Assembly: GCA_965228735.1 (NCBI GenBank)
Contig: OZ245838.1
Coordinates: 5,568,001 to 5,632,000 of the forward strand
From: Planctomycetota bacterium
Lineage (GTDB): Bacteria; Planctomycetota; UBA1135; UBA2386
Direction: 5' to 3'
Length of the DNA stretch: 64,000 nucleotides
A program made the translations under genes and the position numbers. Positions within the stretch are counted from its first letter, which is position 1; each line of letters opens with the position of its first letter. Under the pieces are notes generated by a model that had not been told where the DNA came from, did not search any database, and was given only the letters and a program-made list of their open reading frames with translations. Shown one piece after another: positions 47,304 through 56,831 of this stretch.

Positions 47304-48793
47304 GCCGCCGTGAGGTCGGTCAGGTTGTTGCGGGCGTCGCCGTGGTCGGGGTCGAGCGCGAGCGCGCTCTCGAATGCCTTGCGCGCGCCGCGCCTGTCGC
47401 CGGCCTGATAGAGCACCATGCCGAGGCGGTTGAACGCGTCACCCGTGCGGCCGCCGACCGCGATCGCGGCCCGGAACGCCTGCGCGGCGTCGTGATAGCG
47501 CTGCAGCGCGTGCAGGGCAGTGCCGCGCAGCTCGTGCAGTTCTTCGTCGTCGCAGCCGGTGCGGGCGAGCGTGTCGAGCGCGGTGAGTGCGGTGTCGAAC
47601 TCGCCAGCCGCGAGCTGTTCGCGCGCCGCCCGGCAGATCGACGCCGGGTCGACGGTGTCGTTCGGGAGCAGTGCCGGGATCGGCGCGGGTGCGGGCGGTT
47701 CGTTCGAAGGCCGATCGCCCGGCATCGAAGCCGCGACGGCGACCGGCGCGTTGCGTTCCGCGATGATGGTCTGCAGGGCCCGCTCGAGTTCGCGGCCGTG
47801 GGCGTCCTTGTCGTAGCGTGAGGCGACCTCGAGGCCGGCCTCGCGCAGGCGCGCCCGCACGTCGGGCACGCGGCCCGCGACGACGATCGCCTCGGCCATC
47901 GCCGCGGGGTCGTTCGGCGGCACGAAGAGCGCGTAGTGGTCCCGGTCGCTGCCGATCTGCTTGCTGCCGTGACTGCGGAAGCACGGGATGTCGGTCAGCA
48001 CGGTCGGGACGCCGCACGCCATCGCCTCGATCGCCGGCAGGAAGAAGCCCTCCTCGGGGCCGACGCTCGTCGCGATGAACAGATCGAGCGAGCGGTAGTA
48101 GTCGCCCATCTTCGACGGCTCGACCTGCTCGTGCCACTCGATCGTGAGATCGCCGGTGTGCTCCGCGACGTCGGGCGTCGTATTGGTCGCGCGCACGAGC
48201 ACGAGGTCCTGACCGGCGGCCTGCGCGAGGCGGCAGGCGTCGTAGCCGGTCGGCAGTCCCTTCCAGCTGATCTGGTACGGCCCGACGAGACCGACGCGAA
48301 GCGGCGATCCGGGCGCCCGCTCCGGCGCCGGGTAGTGCACGCTGCTGTCGATCGCGTAGACGATCTGGCGACTCTCGATGCCGAAGCGTTCGCGGAGCAG
48401 CGCGGTCAGGTTGTCGCTGATCGTGATGTGCTCGACGCCGGGGAGTCGATACGCGGACTCGATCCGCTCCCGCAGCGCGGCGTTCTCCTTCTGGTCGCCC
48501 TCGTAGCCCTGGCAGTAGTGCACGGGGACGCCCTTCTCCGGCCCCGCGGCAGCGGCCCACGGCACGGTCGTCCAGAACGTGCCGATCACGACGTCCGCAT
48601 CCGGCAGGTTCTCCGCCTGGAAGTCGCTGACCTGCTGAAACTCGCACGAGAGCGGCAGCCAGCTCGGCGCTGCCGAGCGGGACACGACCGTGACCGTGTG
48701 GCCCTGCTCCTGCAGCCAGTTCGCGTCTTCGAGCGCGACCTTCACGCCGCCCCAGATCTGGGACGCGTCTTCGAGTAGCCAGGTGATTCGCAT
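47300..48793 (-). CDS. GT4-like glycosyltransferase with C-terminal TPRs
   Basis: GGVKV..E.AN.L...GH.V, PDADVVIGTFWTT, EGFFLPAIEAMACG.P, TPR (LG.VLY..G....A...FE.AL.LDP). Confidence 0.88.
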   Translation of the reverse strand: MRITWLLEDASQIWGGVKVALEDANWLQEQGHTVTVVSRSAAPSWLPLSCEFQQVSDFQAENLPDADVVIGTFWTTVPWAAAAGPEKGVPVHYCQGYEGDQKENAALRERIESAYRLPGVEHITISDNLTALLRERFGIESRQIVYAIDSSVHYPAPERAPGSPLRVGLVGPYQISWKGLPTGYDACRLAQAAGQDLVLVRATNTTPDVAEHTGDLTIEWHEQVEPSKMGDYYRSLDLFIATSVGPEEGFFLPAIEAMACGVPTVLTDIPCFRSHGSKQIGSDRDHYALFVPPNDPAAMAEAIVVAGRVPDVRARLREAGLEVASRYDKDAHGRELERALQTIIAERNAPVAVAASMPGDRPSNEPPAPAPIPALLPNDTVDPASICRAAREQLAAGEFDTALTALDTLARTGCDDEELHELRGTALHALQRYHDAAQAFRAAIAVGGRTGDAFNRLGMVLYQAGDRRGARKAFESALALDPDHGDARNNLTDLTAA

Positions 48794-48933
48794 GTTGCCT
48801 CTCCGGCTTCATCGGCCCGTTGGCATGGGCGGACTTGAGCCGATCGGCGCCAGAACGGCAGGCGAGCAACGGCCGGGGCGGCCGGGCGCGGGCGGGGTGC
48901 TACGATCCCAGCACCTTGAGCCGTTCCGCCGGC

Positions 48934-50337
48934 ATGCTCGCCCTGTTCGTTCTCGCTGCGGTGATCGCGGTGGCGGCCGGGTTCGCGGGGAGCGACCCGG
49001 ACCTCGCCGGTTCCGCGCCGTCGGCGGCGAGCGACGCCCGTGATCGGGCGGGGGCCGCGGCGCCCGATGTCGCCCGCGCGGACGGGGCGGTCGCCGAGCG
49101 GCCGGACCCGACCGGGTCGGTCGCGCGCGACATCCGGACCGACGGGGGCGGCGCGGACCAGGCCGGCGATCCCGCAGCGGCTCCGCCCGCGCCGGCGGGC
49201 GACGGCTACGAACTGCGCGGTCGCGTGTTCGCGTTCGACAACGAGCCCATCGCGGCGGCCCGCGTGCTGTTGTTACCGCCGCTCGTCGGGCGCTCGGTGC
49301 CGCCCGCGGCGGTCGGCGGCGCCACGCCGAACGTGACCACGACGGCGGACGGGCGCTTCGCGATCCGGTTTCGGGACGCGCGGGCCCGCGACGTCGTCGT
49401 CGCGGCGGCGGGATTCGCGCCGGTCGTCGTCGCCGGGTTCGATCCGGCCGCGGTGCGAGCACCCGGCTTCGAGCTCGCGGTGCGCCTGCCTCGCGGCGCG
49501 ACGGTTCACGGCTCGGTGCGCGATGAGGCGGGGCAGCAACGCGCTGGAGTCCGCGTCGAGGCGTGGCTCGAACGCACCGCGCCGGTCGTCGCGAGATCCG
49601 AGCTCGGCCCCCGGCCGCTGTGTCCCGGTGGGCAGTTCGTGGCCGCGGTCGACACGGCCTTGGACGGCAGCTTTCGGTTCGACTCGTTGCCGGGCGGCGC
49701 CGTCGTCGTCGGCGTCGCGCCGACCCATGGCGGCGAGCGGCAGCGGCTCACCCTCGGGGCCGGCGAGCGCCGGCACGTCGACCTGCGCTTGCGCGACCCC
49801 GGCGACATCCGCGGAACGGCGGATCCTGGCTCGCTCGTCGTGCTGTACTCCGCGGCCGTCAAACGGTTCGCGACACCCGACGCCGAGCGGGCGTTCGCGT
49901 TCGTCGGCGTGCCGCCGGGCGACTGGTTGTTGTGCGCGGTGTGCGAGCCGGTCGGCGACAACGTTCACGCCATCGTGCAGGAATTCCTCGTCACCGGCCG
50001 CTCGACGTTGGCCCGCGAAGTCACCGTCGTGAGCGGCGAGACGCAGCTCGTGGAGCTGCCGCCGGCGCGAGCGTGCACCGGGACCGTGCGCGGTTCGGCG
50101 TGGCACGACGGCCGTCCGGCGGCAGGCGGCGAGGTGATCCTGCGACCCGTGAACGAGGTCGGGGCGCACGTGCGGCGGGGGATCATCGCCGAAGACGGCA
50201 GCTTCGAAGTGCCGAACGTTCCGGGCGGATCCTACGACGCGGAGCTCGTGCCGGCCGGCCGCGAGTCGCCCGCGTCGCGCCAGGCCTGCCGCGTGCGGAT
50301 CGGGCTCGTGACCGAGCTCAAGCTGACCTCGCGGTGA
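48934..50337 (+). CDS. Membrane-anchored carboxypeptidase-regulatory-like domain protein
   Basis: N-terminal TM, Pro/Ala linker and repeated LRGRV / T.ADGRF / G.VRDEAG units. Start is uncertain (TTG 48916 is an alternative). Confidence 0.7.
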   Translation: MLALFVLAAVIAVAAGFAGSDPDLAGSAPSAASDARDRAGAAAPDVARADGAVAERPDPTGSVARDIRTDGGGADQAGDPAAAPPAPAGDGYELRGRVFAFDNEPIAAARVLLLPPLVGRSVPPAAVGGATPNVTTTADGRFAIRFRDARARDVVVAAAGFAPVVVAGFDPAAVRAPGFELAVRLPRGATVHGSVRDEAGQQRAGVRVEAWLERTAPVVARSELGPRPLCPGGQFVAAVDTALDGSFRFDSLPGGAVVVGVAPTHGGERQRLTLGAGERRHVDLRLRDPGDIRGTADPGSLVVLYSAAVKRFATPDAERAFAFVGVPPGDWLLCAVCEPVGDNVHAIVQEFLVTGRSTLAREVTVVSGETQLVELPPARACTGTVRGSAWHDGRPAAGGEVILRPVNEVGAHVRRGIIAEDGSFEVPNVPGGSYDAELVPAGRESPASRQACRVRIGLVTELKLTSR

Positions 50338-51250
50338 GGTCCGCGGTCAGGATCGCGTGGGCGTTGACGACGGTGACGGGCAGGTGCGCGTGCTGCACGA
50401 AGTGCTCGACGTGACGGCCGGGCCCGACGTTGACGAAGCGCGTGACCCCGTGACGTTCGTGCAGGGTCCGAATCGCGGCCGCGAAGTCGAAGGGCGCCGC
50501 GACGTTGTCGGCGAGCTCGCGGGCGAGTTCGGTTCGACCTCCGAGTTCGCACTGGGTCTGACTCGAATAGATGCGGACGCCGTCCGCGGGCAGGAGCGGC
50601 GCTCGGGCCAGCGATCGCAGCAGCTGGTCGGCCAGCGGTCGCCAGGCCGGGCCGTGCAACCCGCACGGCGCCAGGTCGAAGAGGCGCAGCCCGCGGGCGA
50701 TCAGGGCGCAACGCGTGGTCTTCTCGTTCGCCGGATCGACGGGCAGCGCGACCATGCGTTCGGACAGCCGACTGTGGTGCCGTGCGAGCGGGCCGAGGGC
50801 GGCAATTGCCCGGTCGGCCGCGGTCCGGTCCGCGGCGAACGCGACGATCGCGCGCCCCGTATCGCCGCGCGGGGCCTGCGGCGGCAGGTTCGCGAGGAAC
50901 GTGAGCAGGTCGTGGAAGTCGGCGGACCCGGCGGCCAGCGTGCGGGCCACGTTGCCGATCGAGTAGCCCGTGTGCCACGTCGCGGCGAGGCCACGCGCTT
51001 GCAGCGCGTGGGCCGTGCCGAGCTGCATCGCGGCAACGGCCAGCGCCGGCCACCGCCAGTCGCGCGCGTCTCGCAGCACGCGTCCGCCGGCGAGGAGCGC
51101 CGCGCTCGTTCTCGCGAACTCCGGATCGGCGCCGAACACGCGTTCCGCGCGGCCCCACAACGACCGGAACTCGGGTAACGCGAGGCTGCTGCCGAAGTCG
51201 ACGGCACGCTGCACGCCGTCGAGACCCGCGAACACGAACCCGGTCGTCAC
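50318..51250 (-). CDS. Divergent FabD/acyltransferase-like protein
   Basis: GTG 51250 overlaps the upstream stop. FVFAG, GYSIG nucleophile elbow, PCGLHG, P.DF..AI..L, FVNVGPG match the FabD/AT layout. Confidence 0.7.
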   Translation of the reverse strand: MTTGFVFAGLDGVQRAVDFGSSLALPEFRSLWGRAERVFGADPEFARTSAALLAGGRVLRDARDWRWPALAVAAMQLGTAHALQARGLAATWHTGYSIGNVARTLAAGSADFHDLLTFLANLPPQAPRGDTGRAIVAFAADRTAADRAIAALGPLARHHSRLSERMVALPVDPANEKTTRCALIARGLRLFDLAPCGLHGPAWRPLADQLLRSLARAPLLPADGVRIYSSQTQCELGGRTELARELADNVAAPFDFAAAIRTLHERHGVTRFVNVGPGRHVEHFVQHAHLPVTVVNAHAILTADLTARSA

Positions 51251-51762
51251 GTCTTGTTGAGTGTCGCGGTGCCGTTGGCAACCGACGCGTTGTCGAACGT
51301 GATCGTCACGTTGGCGGTGATCTGAGTCGCGTTCCAGGTGCCGGTGAGCGCGAAGCGATCGACCGCGCCGGGGATCCCGGTCCCATTCAGCGTCAGCGTT
51401 CCGTCGCTGGCGAGCGAACCGGTGACGGTGCCGTAGACCGTCGACGTGATGCTGACGAGGTTGGCGTCGGTCATGCTGATGTTCGCCGTGAAGTTTTCCA
51501 ACGCCGGATCGGTGCCGCCGAACACGTTGCCGTCCATGTCGAAATCGACGCTGAACGTCGAGCCGCTCTGGGTGACCGTCATCGTGACGTTGCCGGTGCT
51601 GGCGAACGTGGTGTTGGTCCAAGTTCCGGACCACGTCCCGAGGTAGGTCGAAGCGGTGAAGGTGCCGCCGCCTCCACCGCCGCTGCTGCCGCTGCAGCCG
51701 GCGAGGAAGAACGGGGTCAGCGCGAGCGCGCCGGCGAGAATACGGGTGGCTAGTCGTCCCAT
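51247..51762 (-). CDS. Ser/Thr-rich beta-barrel-like lipoprotein (paralog A)
   Basis: Lipobox FLAG-C and Gly linker; GTWSGTWTNTT..STGNVT, GNVFG..DP. Confidence 0.8.
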   Translation of the reverse strand: MGRLATRILAGALALTPFFLAGCSGSSGGGGGGTFTASTYLGTWSGTWTNTTFASTGNVTMTVTQSGSTFSVDFDMDGNVFGGTDPALENFTANISMTDANLVSITSTVYGTVTGSLASDGTLTLNGTGIPGAVDRFALTGTWNATQITANVTITFDNASVANGTATLNKT

Positions 51763-51811
51763 CGCCGCGTGCAGCGGCAGGAGCAGCCCGTCGACCGCCA
51801 ACGAATCGGAG

Positions 51812-51840
51812 AAAAAGAGCCGAGCGGACGCGGCGGCCCT
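51812..51840 (-). terminator. Possible intrinsic terminator between the two lipoprotein paralogs
   Basis: On the minus strand, a GGGCCG...CGGCTC stem is followed by TTTTT, immediately after the stop of 51841..52362. Confidence 0.35.
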
Positions 51841-52362
51841 CTACGGCGTCTTCATCAACGTCGCGTAGCCCGTCTGGACGGAGCCGTTCTCGCCGCGGAT
51901 CGTCGAGTTGATCGTGATCGTGTCCGCGAGGACCGAGCCGATGAGTTCGAAGCTCTCGGAGCTCGAGGGCACGTCCGTGCCGAGAACGGTGATGACGCCG
52001 AAGCCGTCGAGGCTGCCGGTCAACGTGCCGAACGAGTCGGATCTGACGCTGATCAGGTCCGCCGAACCGGCGCCAACAGCGAGTTCGAACGTCTCCTCTT
52101 CCGGGTCCAACGTGCCGAAGATGTTGCCGGTGATCTCGAAGTCGACGGTCATGGTCATCTCGTCGAACGTGACCATGAGGGTGATGTTGCCCGTCGCGCC
52201 CGACGTGGCGTTGGTCCACGTGCCGGTCCACTCGCCGACCCAGACCAGCGGGTTGAACGTGATCGAGACCGGGGTTTCGTCGGTGCTGCTGTTACTGCAG
52301 CCGCCGGTCGCGAACGCGAGAGCGAGCAGCGGCAAGGCGAGGGCGGAGGGGCGCGCAGACAT
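51841..52362 (-). CDS. Beta-barrel-like lipoprotein (paralog B)
   Basis: Lipobox TGG-C; GEWTGTWTNAT..TGNIT, GNIFG..DP; collinear with 51247..51762. Confidence 0.8.
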   Translation of the reverse strand: MSARPSALALPLLALAFATGGCSNSSTDETPVSITFNPLVWVGEWTGTWTNATSGATGNITLMVTFDEMTMTVDFEITGNIFGTLDPEEETFELAVGAGSADLISVRSDSFGTLTGSLDGFGVITVLGTDVPSSSESFELIGSVLADTITINSTIRGENGSVQTGYATLMKTP

Positions 52363-52421
52363 GGGACGGAAGGATGACCGCGCGTTCCGTCAAGAACAGT
52401 GAAGGCATTGTTAAGAAGGCG

Positions 52422-52976
52422 TCAGACGTCCCCGGGCGCCGTCGCCGGCCGGCGAGCCAACAGGTGTTGCCGGACCGCCCGGATCGGCACGCCCTCGGCG
52501 CCGTGGCCGTACTCGATGAGCCGGAGTTCGCCGCGGATCGCGTCGAGCAGTTCGCCCGGCCTCAGCAGGAAGTCCGGATTGCGCGGCCTGCCGTGGCGTT
52601 CGTGGCCCGCCGCGAAGGTCTCGTAGAGCAGCAGACCGCCCGGGGCGACGCTCCGGACGATCGTCTCGAGCAGCGGGCGCCAGAGGTAGTTGGTCACGAC
52701 GACGGCGTGGAACGTCCGGCCGGCGAGCGGCCACGGCGCGCCCTCGAGGTCGGCCTCGACGATCTCGAGCCCGGGGCGTCGCAACTCGCGGAGTCGCGTC
52801 ACGTCACGGTCGACCGCGACGACCGGATGACCGCGGTCGAGGAACAGCCCGGTGTGTCGACCGCCGCCGGCCGCGACGTCGAGCACGGGACCCTCGGGTG
52901 TGAGGTGCTCGGCCCAACGGCGAATCGCGGGTGCGGGCCGTTCGTTCGTCGTGCGCTCGTCGTGCATCTCAGCCAT
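52422..52976 (-). CDS. Class I SAM-dependent methyltransferase
   Basis: VLDVAAGGGRH, VAVDRD, ADLE..PWP, VVTNYLWRP, GG.L.YETF, P.NPDFLL.PGEL. Confidence 0.88.
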   Translation of the reverse strand: MAEMHDERTTNERPAPAIRRWAEHLTPEGPVLDVAAGGGRHTGLFLDRGHPVVAVDRDVTRLRELRRPGLEIVEADLEGAPWPLAGRTFHAVVVTNYLWRPLLETIVRSVAPGGLLLYETFAAGHERHGRPRNPDFLLRPGELLDAIRGELRLIEYGHGAEGVPIRAVRQHLLARRPATAPGDV

Positions 52977-53157
52977 CGTTTCGTACGGGAAGTCCCGTGC
53001 GGTTACTCCCGCAAGCAGACGATCGCCAGCTCGAAGCGGGCCGCTTCTCGATCATGGGCTTTGTACTTCGGGTTCTGGCATGCCGATACAACGCCGTTCG
53101 CACCCGGAGAGGAGGGGCGGACACCGGCGCACGGACTACGAGGAGGAGGCGCCCCGA

Positions 53158-54792
53158 ATGGCCCAGGGACAACCGCTTTCCGCGGCACACGAACTCAACG
53201 ACACGGCACTGCGCGTGCTGATGATCGACGACGATCCGACTGACGCGTATCTCGTGCGCGCGCGGCTGCTCGACGGGATCAAACAGGCCCGTGTTGCGGA
53301 CGAACTCGAGTTCACCAACGCCGAGACGCTGAGCGAGGGGCTCGAGATCGCGACGACCGCGACGTTCGACGTGATCCTGCTCGACCTCGGTCTGCCGGAC
53401 GGCCAGGGGATCGAGAACGTCGAACGCGTGCTCGCTCGGGTGGCTGGCGTGCCGACGATCGTGCTCACGGGGCTCGTCGACGAGAAGGTCGCGATCGAGG
53501 CCCTGCGCATCGGCGCGCAGGACTACGTCGTGAAGGCCGACCTCGGCGGTCGCACGCTCATTCGCGCGGTCGCGTACGCACTCGAGCGCCATCGGCTCGT
53601 GCAGGAGATCGAGCGGGCACGCTGCGAGGACAACGAGGTCAAGGATCGCTTCCTGTCGCACATCTCGCACGAACTGCGCACGCCGCTCACGGCAGTGATG
53701 TCGTTCGCGTCGATCATGCAGGAGGGCATCGCGGGGCCGCTGACCTCCGAGCAGGAGGAGTATCTCGGCATCATCCGCCGCAACGCTGAGCAGCTGAAGC
53801 ACGTGATCACGTCGCTCATGGACGTGACCCGGGCGGACGCGGGCAAGCTGCAGTGTGACCTTCGCATCTCCGACCCGGGGAGTATCGCGCGCGACGCTGC
53901 GGATGCGTTCCGGCAACCCGCGGCGGACGCCGGCATCGGGTTGACGACCATCGTGACTCCGGGGGTTGGGCCGATCGTTGCCGACTCCGACAAGCTCGCG
54001 CAGGTCCTGTCCAACCTGGTCGCGAACGCGATCGAGTCTACGCCCGAGGGCGGCAACATCGAGGTCGGGATCGCGCCCGACCCGGATCGCGGTGAACGGT
54101 TGCGCTTCTCGGTTCGCGATACCGGTTGCGGCATCCCCGAGGGTGAGGTCGAGATGGTCTTCGAGCGCATGCACCAGGTCGGCGAGCCGCGCGACGTGAG
54201 CCGCAACGGCCTCGGCCTCGGACTGCACGTCTGCAAGGAGATCGTGCGCTTGCATGGTGGCGAGATCGGGGTCGAGAGCGCGCTGGGAACGGGCAGCACG
54301 TTCTGGTTCTCGGTCCCGCTCTACTCGTTGAGCACGTTCGTGCAGCGCGTGATCGTCGCGAACGACCGCGTGCAGCCGGGGCTGTGCCTCGTGACCGCGA
54401 AGGTGCGGCCCGAGACCGCAGTCGCTCGGGCCAAGGGGCCCGGGACCGCGGTCGACGAGGTCGCCGGTCTCGCGCGGAAGTGTCTGATCGCGATCCACGA
54501 CGTCGTTCTGCCGATCGGCTCCGGCGCGGACGGTGCCAACGCGGTCTACATCCTCGCGCGCACCGACGAAGCCGGCGGCGGCGCGTTCGTCGACCGATTG
54601 CGCGGTGAGCTCGCGGATCACCCCCGGCTGCTGCGCAACGGATTCGAAGTGGACGTGAGTCTCGACTACCTCGAGTTCGGCGAGCCGCCGAGCGCGATCG
54701 ATCAGGGAGTGCTGGAGATGACGGGTTTCGTCAACGCCTGCATCACGGGCGACGTCGAACAGGAACAGGGGTGCCGCGGGAGTAAGCTCTGA
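53158..54792 (+). CDS. Hybrid REC-histidine kinase with degenerate GGDEF-like C-terminal domain
   Basis: AGGAGGAGG RBS; REC (IDDD, LLDLGLPD, GAQDYVVK); HisKA SHELRTPL; N, G1 and G2 boxes (NLVANA, DTGCGI, GLGLGL). Confidence 0.9.
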   Translation: MAQGQPLSAAHELNDTALRVLMIDDDPTDAYLVRARLLDGIKQARVADELEFTNAETLSEGLEIATTATFDVILLDLGLPDGQGIENVERVLARVAGVPTIVLTGLVDEKVAIEALRIGAQDYVVKADLGGRTLIRAVAYALERHRLVQEIERARCEDNEVKDRFLSHISHELRTPLTAVMSFASIMQEGIAGPLTSEQEEYLGIIRRNAEQLKHVITSLMDVTRADAGKLQCDLRISDPGSIARDAADAFRQPAADAGIGLTTIVTPGVGPIVADSDKLAQVLSNLVANAIESTPEGGNIEVGIAPDPDRGERLRFSVRDTGCGIPEGEVEMVFERMHQVGEPRDVSRNGLGLGLHVCKEIVRLHGGEIGVESALGTGSTFWFSVPLYSLSTFVQRVIVANDRVQPGLCLVTAKVRPETAVARAKGPGTAVDEVAGLARKCLIAIHDVVLPIGSGADGANAVYILARTDEAGGGAFVDRLRGELADHPRLLRNGFEVDVSLDYLEFGEPPSAIDQGVLEMTGFVNACITGDVEQEQGCRGSKL

Positions 54793-54817
54793 TCGTCGAG
54801 GGCGGCGTCGCCGCGGC

Positions 54818-56659
54818 TCACTGACGCAGACGCGCGAGCTGGTGGCGGACGCGCTCCGCGATCCCGGCCGCGCCCTCGCGATCGGCGCGGGCGGCGATGC
54901 GATCGCCGAGAGCGATCGCTTCTGCCCGCTCGTCCGTGAGCAGCAGCGCGCGGAACAGGGCGTACTCGTCGAGCAGTTCGGGCGCCGGCACCGCATTGAG
55001 GCGGCGCGCGAGTTCGACTGCGCGCGGGCCGTCGCGCACCGCCGCGTCGGGCGCCTGCCCGAGCACCTGCGCGAGGTTGCGCAGCAGTTCGCGGTTGTCC
55101 GGCGCGAGCGCGACGCCGCGTTCGAACCAGTCGCGGGCCGCAGCGAACTCGCCCGCGATGCCGGCCATGACGCCGAGGTTGTTGAACGTCAGAGGGTCGT
55201 CGGGTCGCGCGGTGAGCGCTCGGTCGAAGTGCGCACGCGCCGCCCTGAAGTCGCCGTTCCGGGCGAAGTGGTTGCCGACCGCGTTGTTCGATTCGAACGC
55301 GTCAGGGTAGATCGCGACCGCCCGGCGATGATGCTCGAGTCCGTCGCCGGGGGCGCCGCGGGTGTCGAGCAGGTTGCCGAGGCAGGTGTGCGCGAGCCAC
55401 GCCTCCGGTTCGGCTGCGATGGTCGCATGCCAGAGCTGATCGAGGTTGCTGAACAGATGGGCGCGGCGCCAGGTCAGTGCGCCGAGGACAGCGACGATGA
55501 TCAGGGCGACCGCGGTCGCGATCGTGCGGCTGCGGGCAGTGCGGCCGAACAGCGAGAGGCCGCCGCATACAACGAGCGCGATCGGGCCGAAGCTCGGCAG
55601 GTACTGGAAATGGTCCGCGGCGAACGCGTACCGCAGGTAATAGAAGTCGACGAGCCCGCTCACGGGCAGCAGGTTGCCGACGAATGTGAGTACGGCGAGG
55701 CCCGCTGCGAGCGTGGTGCGCGACCGCCCGCGCAGGATGGTGATAGCGCCGAAGGTGAGAACCGCGAGCAGCAGGATGGTCGGCAGCCAGCCGAGCGCCG
55801 TGCCCGCGCCGATCTCCCACTTCGCGTAGACGAACGCCAGGTCGGCTGGCCACAGCAGCTGTCCCGCATAGAACGCGACGTTCTGACCGAGCAGCGCCAA
55901 CCGCTCCGGCGGCGTGAGGGCCCAGTCGTGACCGACCGCGCCCTCGCCTCGTTCCATGACGATCGTGAGTGCCGCGAACCCGAGCGTCAGGGCGGCGAAC
56001 GGGAGCAGGCCGCGGCCCACCGATCGCGCCGCTTTGGTGGGGGAGCCGGCCGCGCGATGCCGCCAGATCGCGATCGCCGCGAGCGCGACGGGGAGCATCA
56101 GGGTCGCCGTCTTGGCGAGCAGCGCGAGCGCGAACGTCGTCGACGCGAGCACGAGCGTGCGGGGGCGCGGCTCGTCCAGCCACGAGAGCCACACGTGCGC
56201 GGTGAGCAGGTAGAGCACCGTCGAGAGCGTGTTCTTGCGTTCGACGAGCCAAGCGACCGACTCCACGTGGACGGGATGCAGCAGGAACACGAGCGCGGCC
56301 ACGAATCCGAATGGCAGGCCGAGCCGCTGCAGGAGGCGGCCGAACAGCAGCGCGGAAAGCGCGTGCAGCAGCACGTTCTCGACGTGCATGACCGTCAGGT
56401 CGAGCCCGAACAGCTGCGCGTCCAGCCACCAGGAGGTGTAGGTCAGCGGGTAGTACTGGATGACAGCACCTGGCTCGCACCAGATGCGGACCAGACCCGG
56501 AACGGAACGCAACGTTTCGTTGTCGCGGATCCAGTCCGTGTCGTCCCAGAGGAACTCACCCCCGAGGGCCGGTCCGTAGGCCGCGAGCGCGAGGCCCGCC
56601 AGCGCGAGGAACTGCACGGCGGGGTGGCTGAGGAGGCGACGTGGCACGATGGTCGGCAT
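54818..56659 (-). CDS. TMTC-like GT-C membrane glycosyltransferase with TPRs
   Basis: F.WDD, Y.PLT..S..LD, H..NVLLH, F.LHP.HVESVAW..ERK, L.P..L...Y, ADHFQYLP; many TM helices; C-terminal TPRs. Confidence 0.85.
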   Translation of the reverse strand: MPTIVPRRLLSHPAVQFLALAGLALAAYGPALGGEFLWDDTDWIRDNETLRSVPGLVRIWCEPGAVIQYYPLTYTSWWLDAQLFGLDLTVMHVENVLLHALSALLFGRLLQRLGLPFGFVAALVFLLHPVHVESVAWLVERKNTLSTVLYLLTAHVWLSWLDEPRPRTLVLASTTFALALLAKTATLMLPVALAAIAIWRHRAAGSPTKAARSVGRGLLPFAALTLGFAALTIVMERGEGAVGHDWALTPPERLALLGQNVAFYAGQLLWPADLAFVYAKWEIGAGTALGWLPTILLLAVLTFGAITILRGRSRTTLAAGLAVLTFVGNLLPVSGLVDFYYLRYAFAADHFQYLPSFGPIALVVCGGLSLFGRTARSRTIATAVALIIVAVLGALTWRRAHLFSNLDQLWHATIAAEPEAWLAHTCLGNLLDTRGAPGDGLEHHRRAVAIYPDAFESNNAVGNHFARNGDFRAARAHFDRALTARPDDPLTFNNLGVMAGIAGEFAAARDWFERGVALAPDNRELLRNLAQVLGQAPDAAVRDGPRAVELARRLNAVPAPELLDEYALFRALLLTDERAEAIALGDRIAARADREGAAGIAERVRHQLARLRQ

Positions 56660-56831
56660 CGCACGATACCGTCCCAACCGGTGTTCTCACAGGCGACTAC
56701 GTGAGTGTCCGGAGGGCCGGTGCCGGCGGGCCCGGAAATCCAGGGGAAACCCCTAAGGGTCCTCCCCGGCCGTTGCCGATGGCCCGGATCCGCCGCACTC
56801 GCCAAACCCCGCGGCGTCTCGTGAATCCCCC

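Noticed and set aside
50318..51250. Calling the acyltransferase fabD
   Set aside because: It lacks PGQG and apparently the malonyl-binding Arg, and there is no fab gene context.
53076..53090. Sigma54 promoter TGGCAT... before the hybrid kinase
   Set aside because: The -12 position reads TACA, not TTGC.
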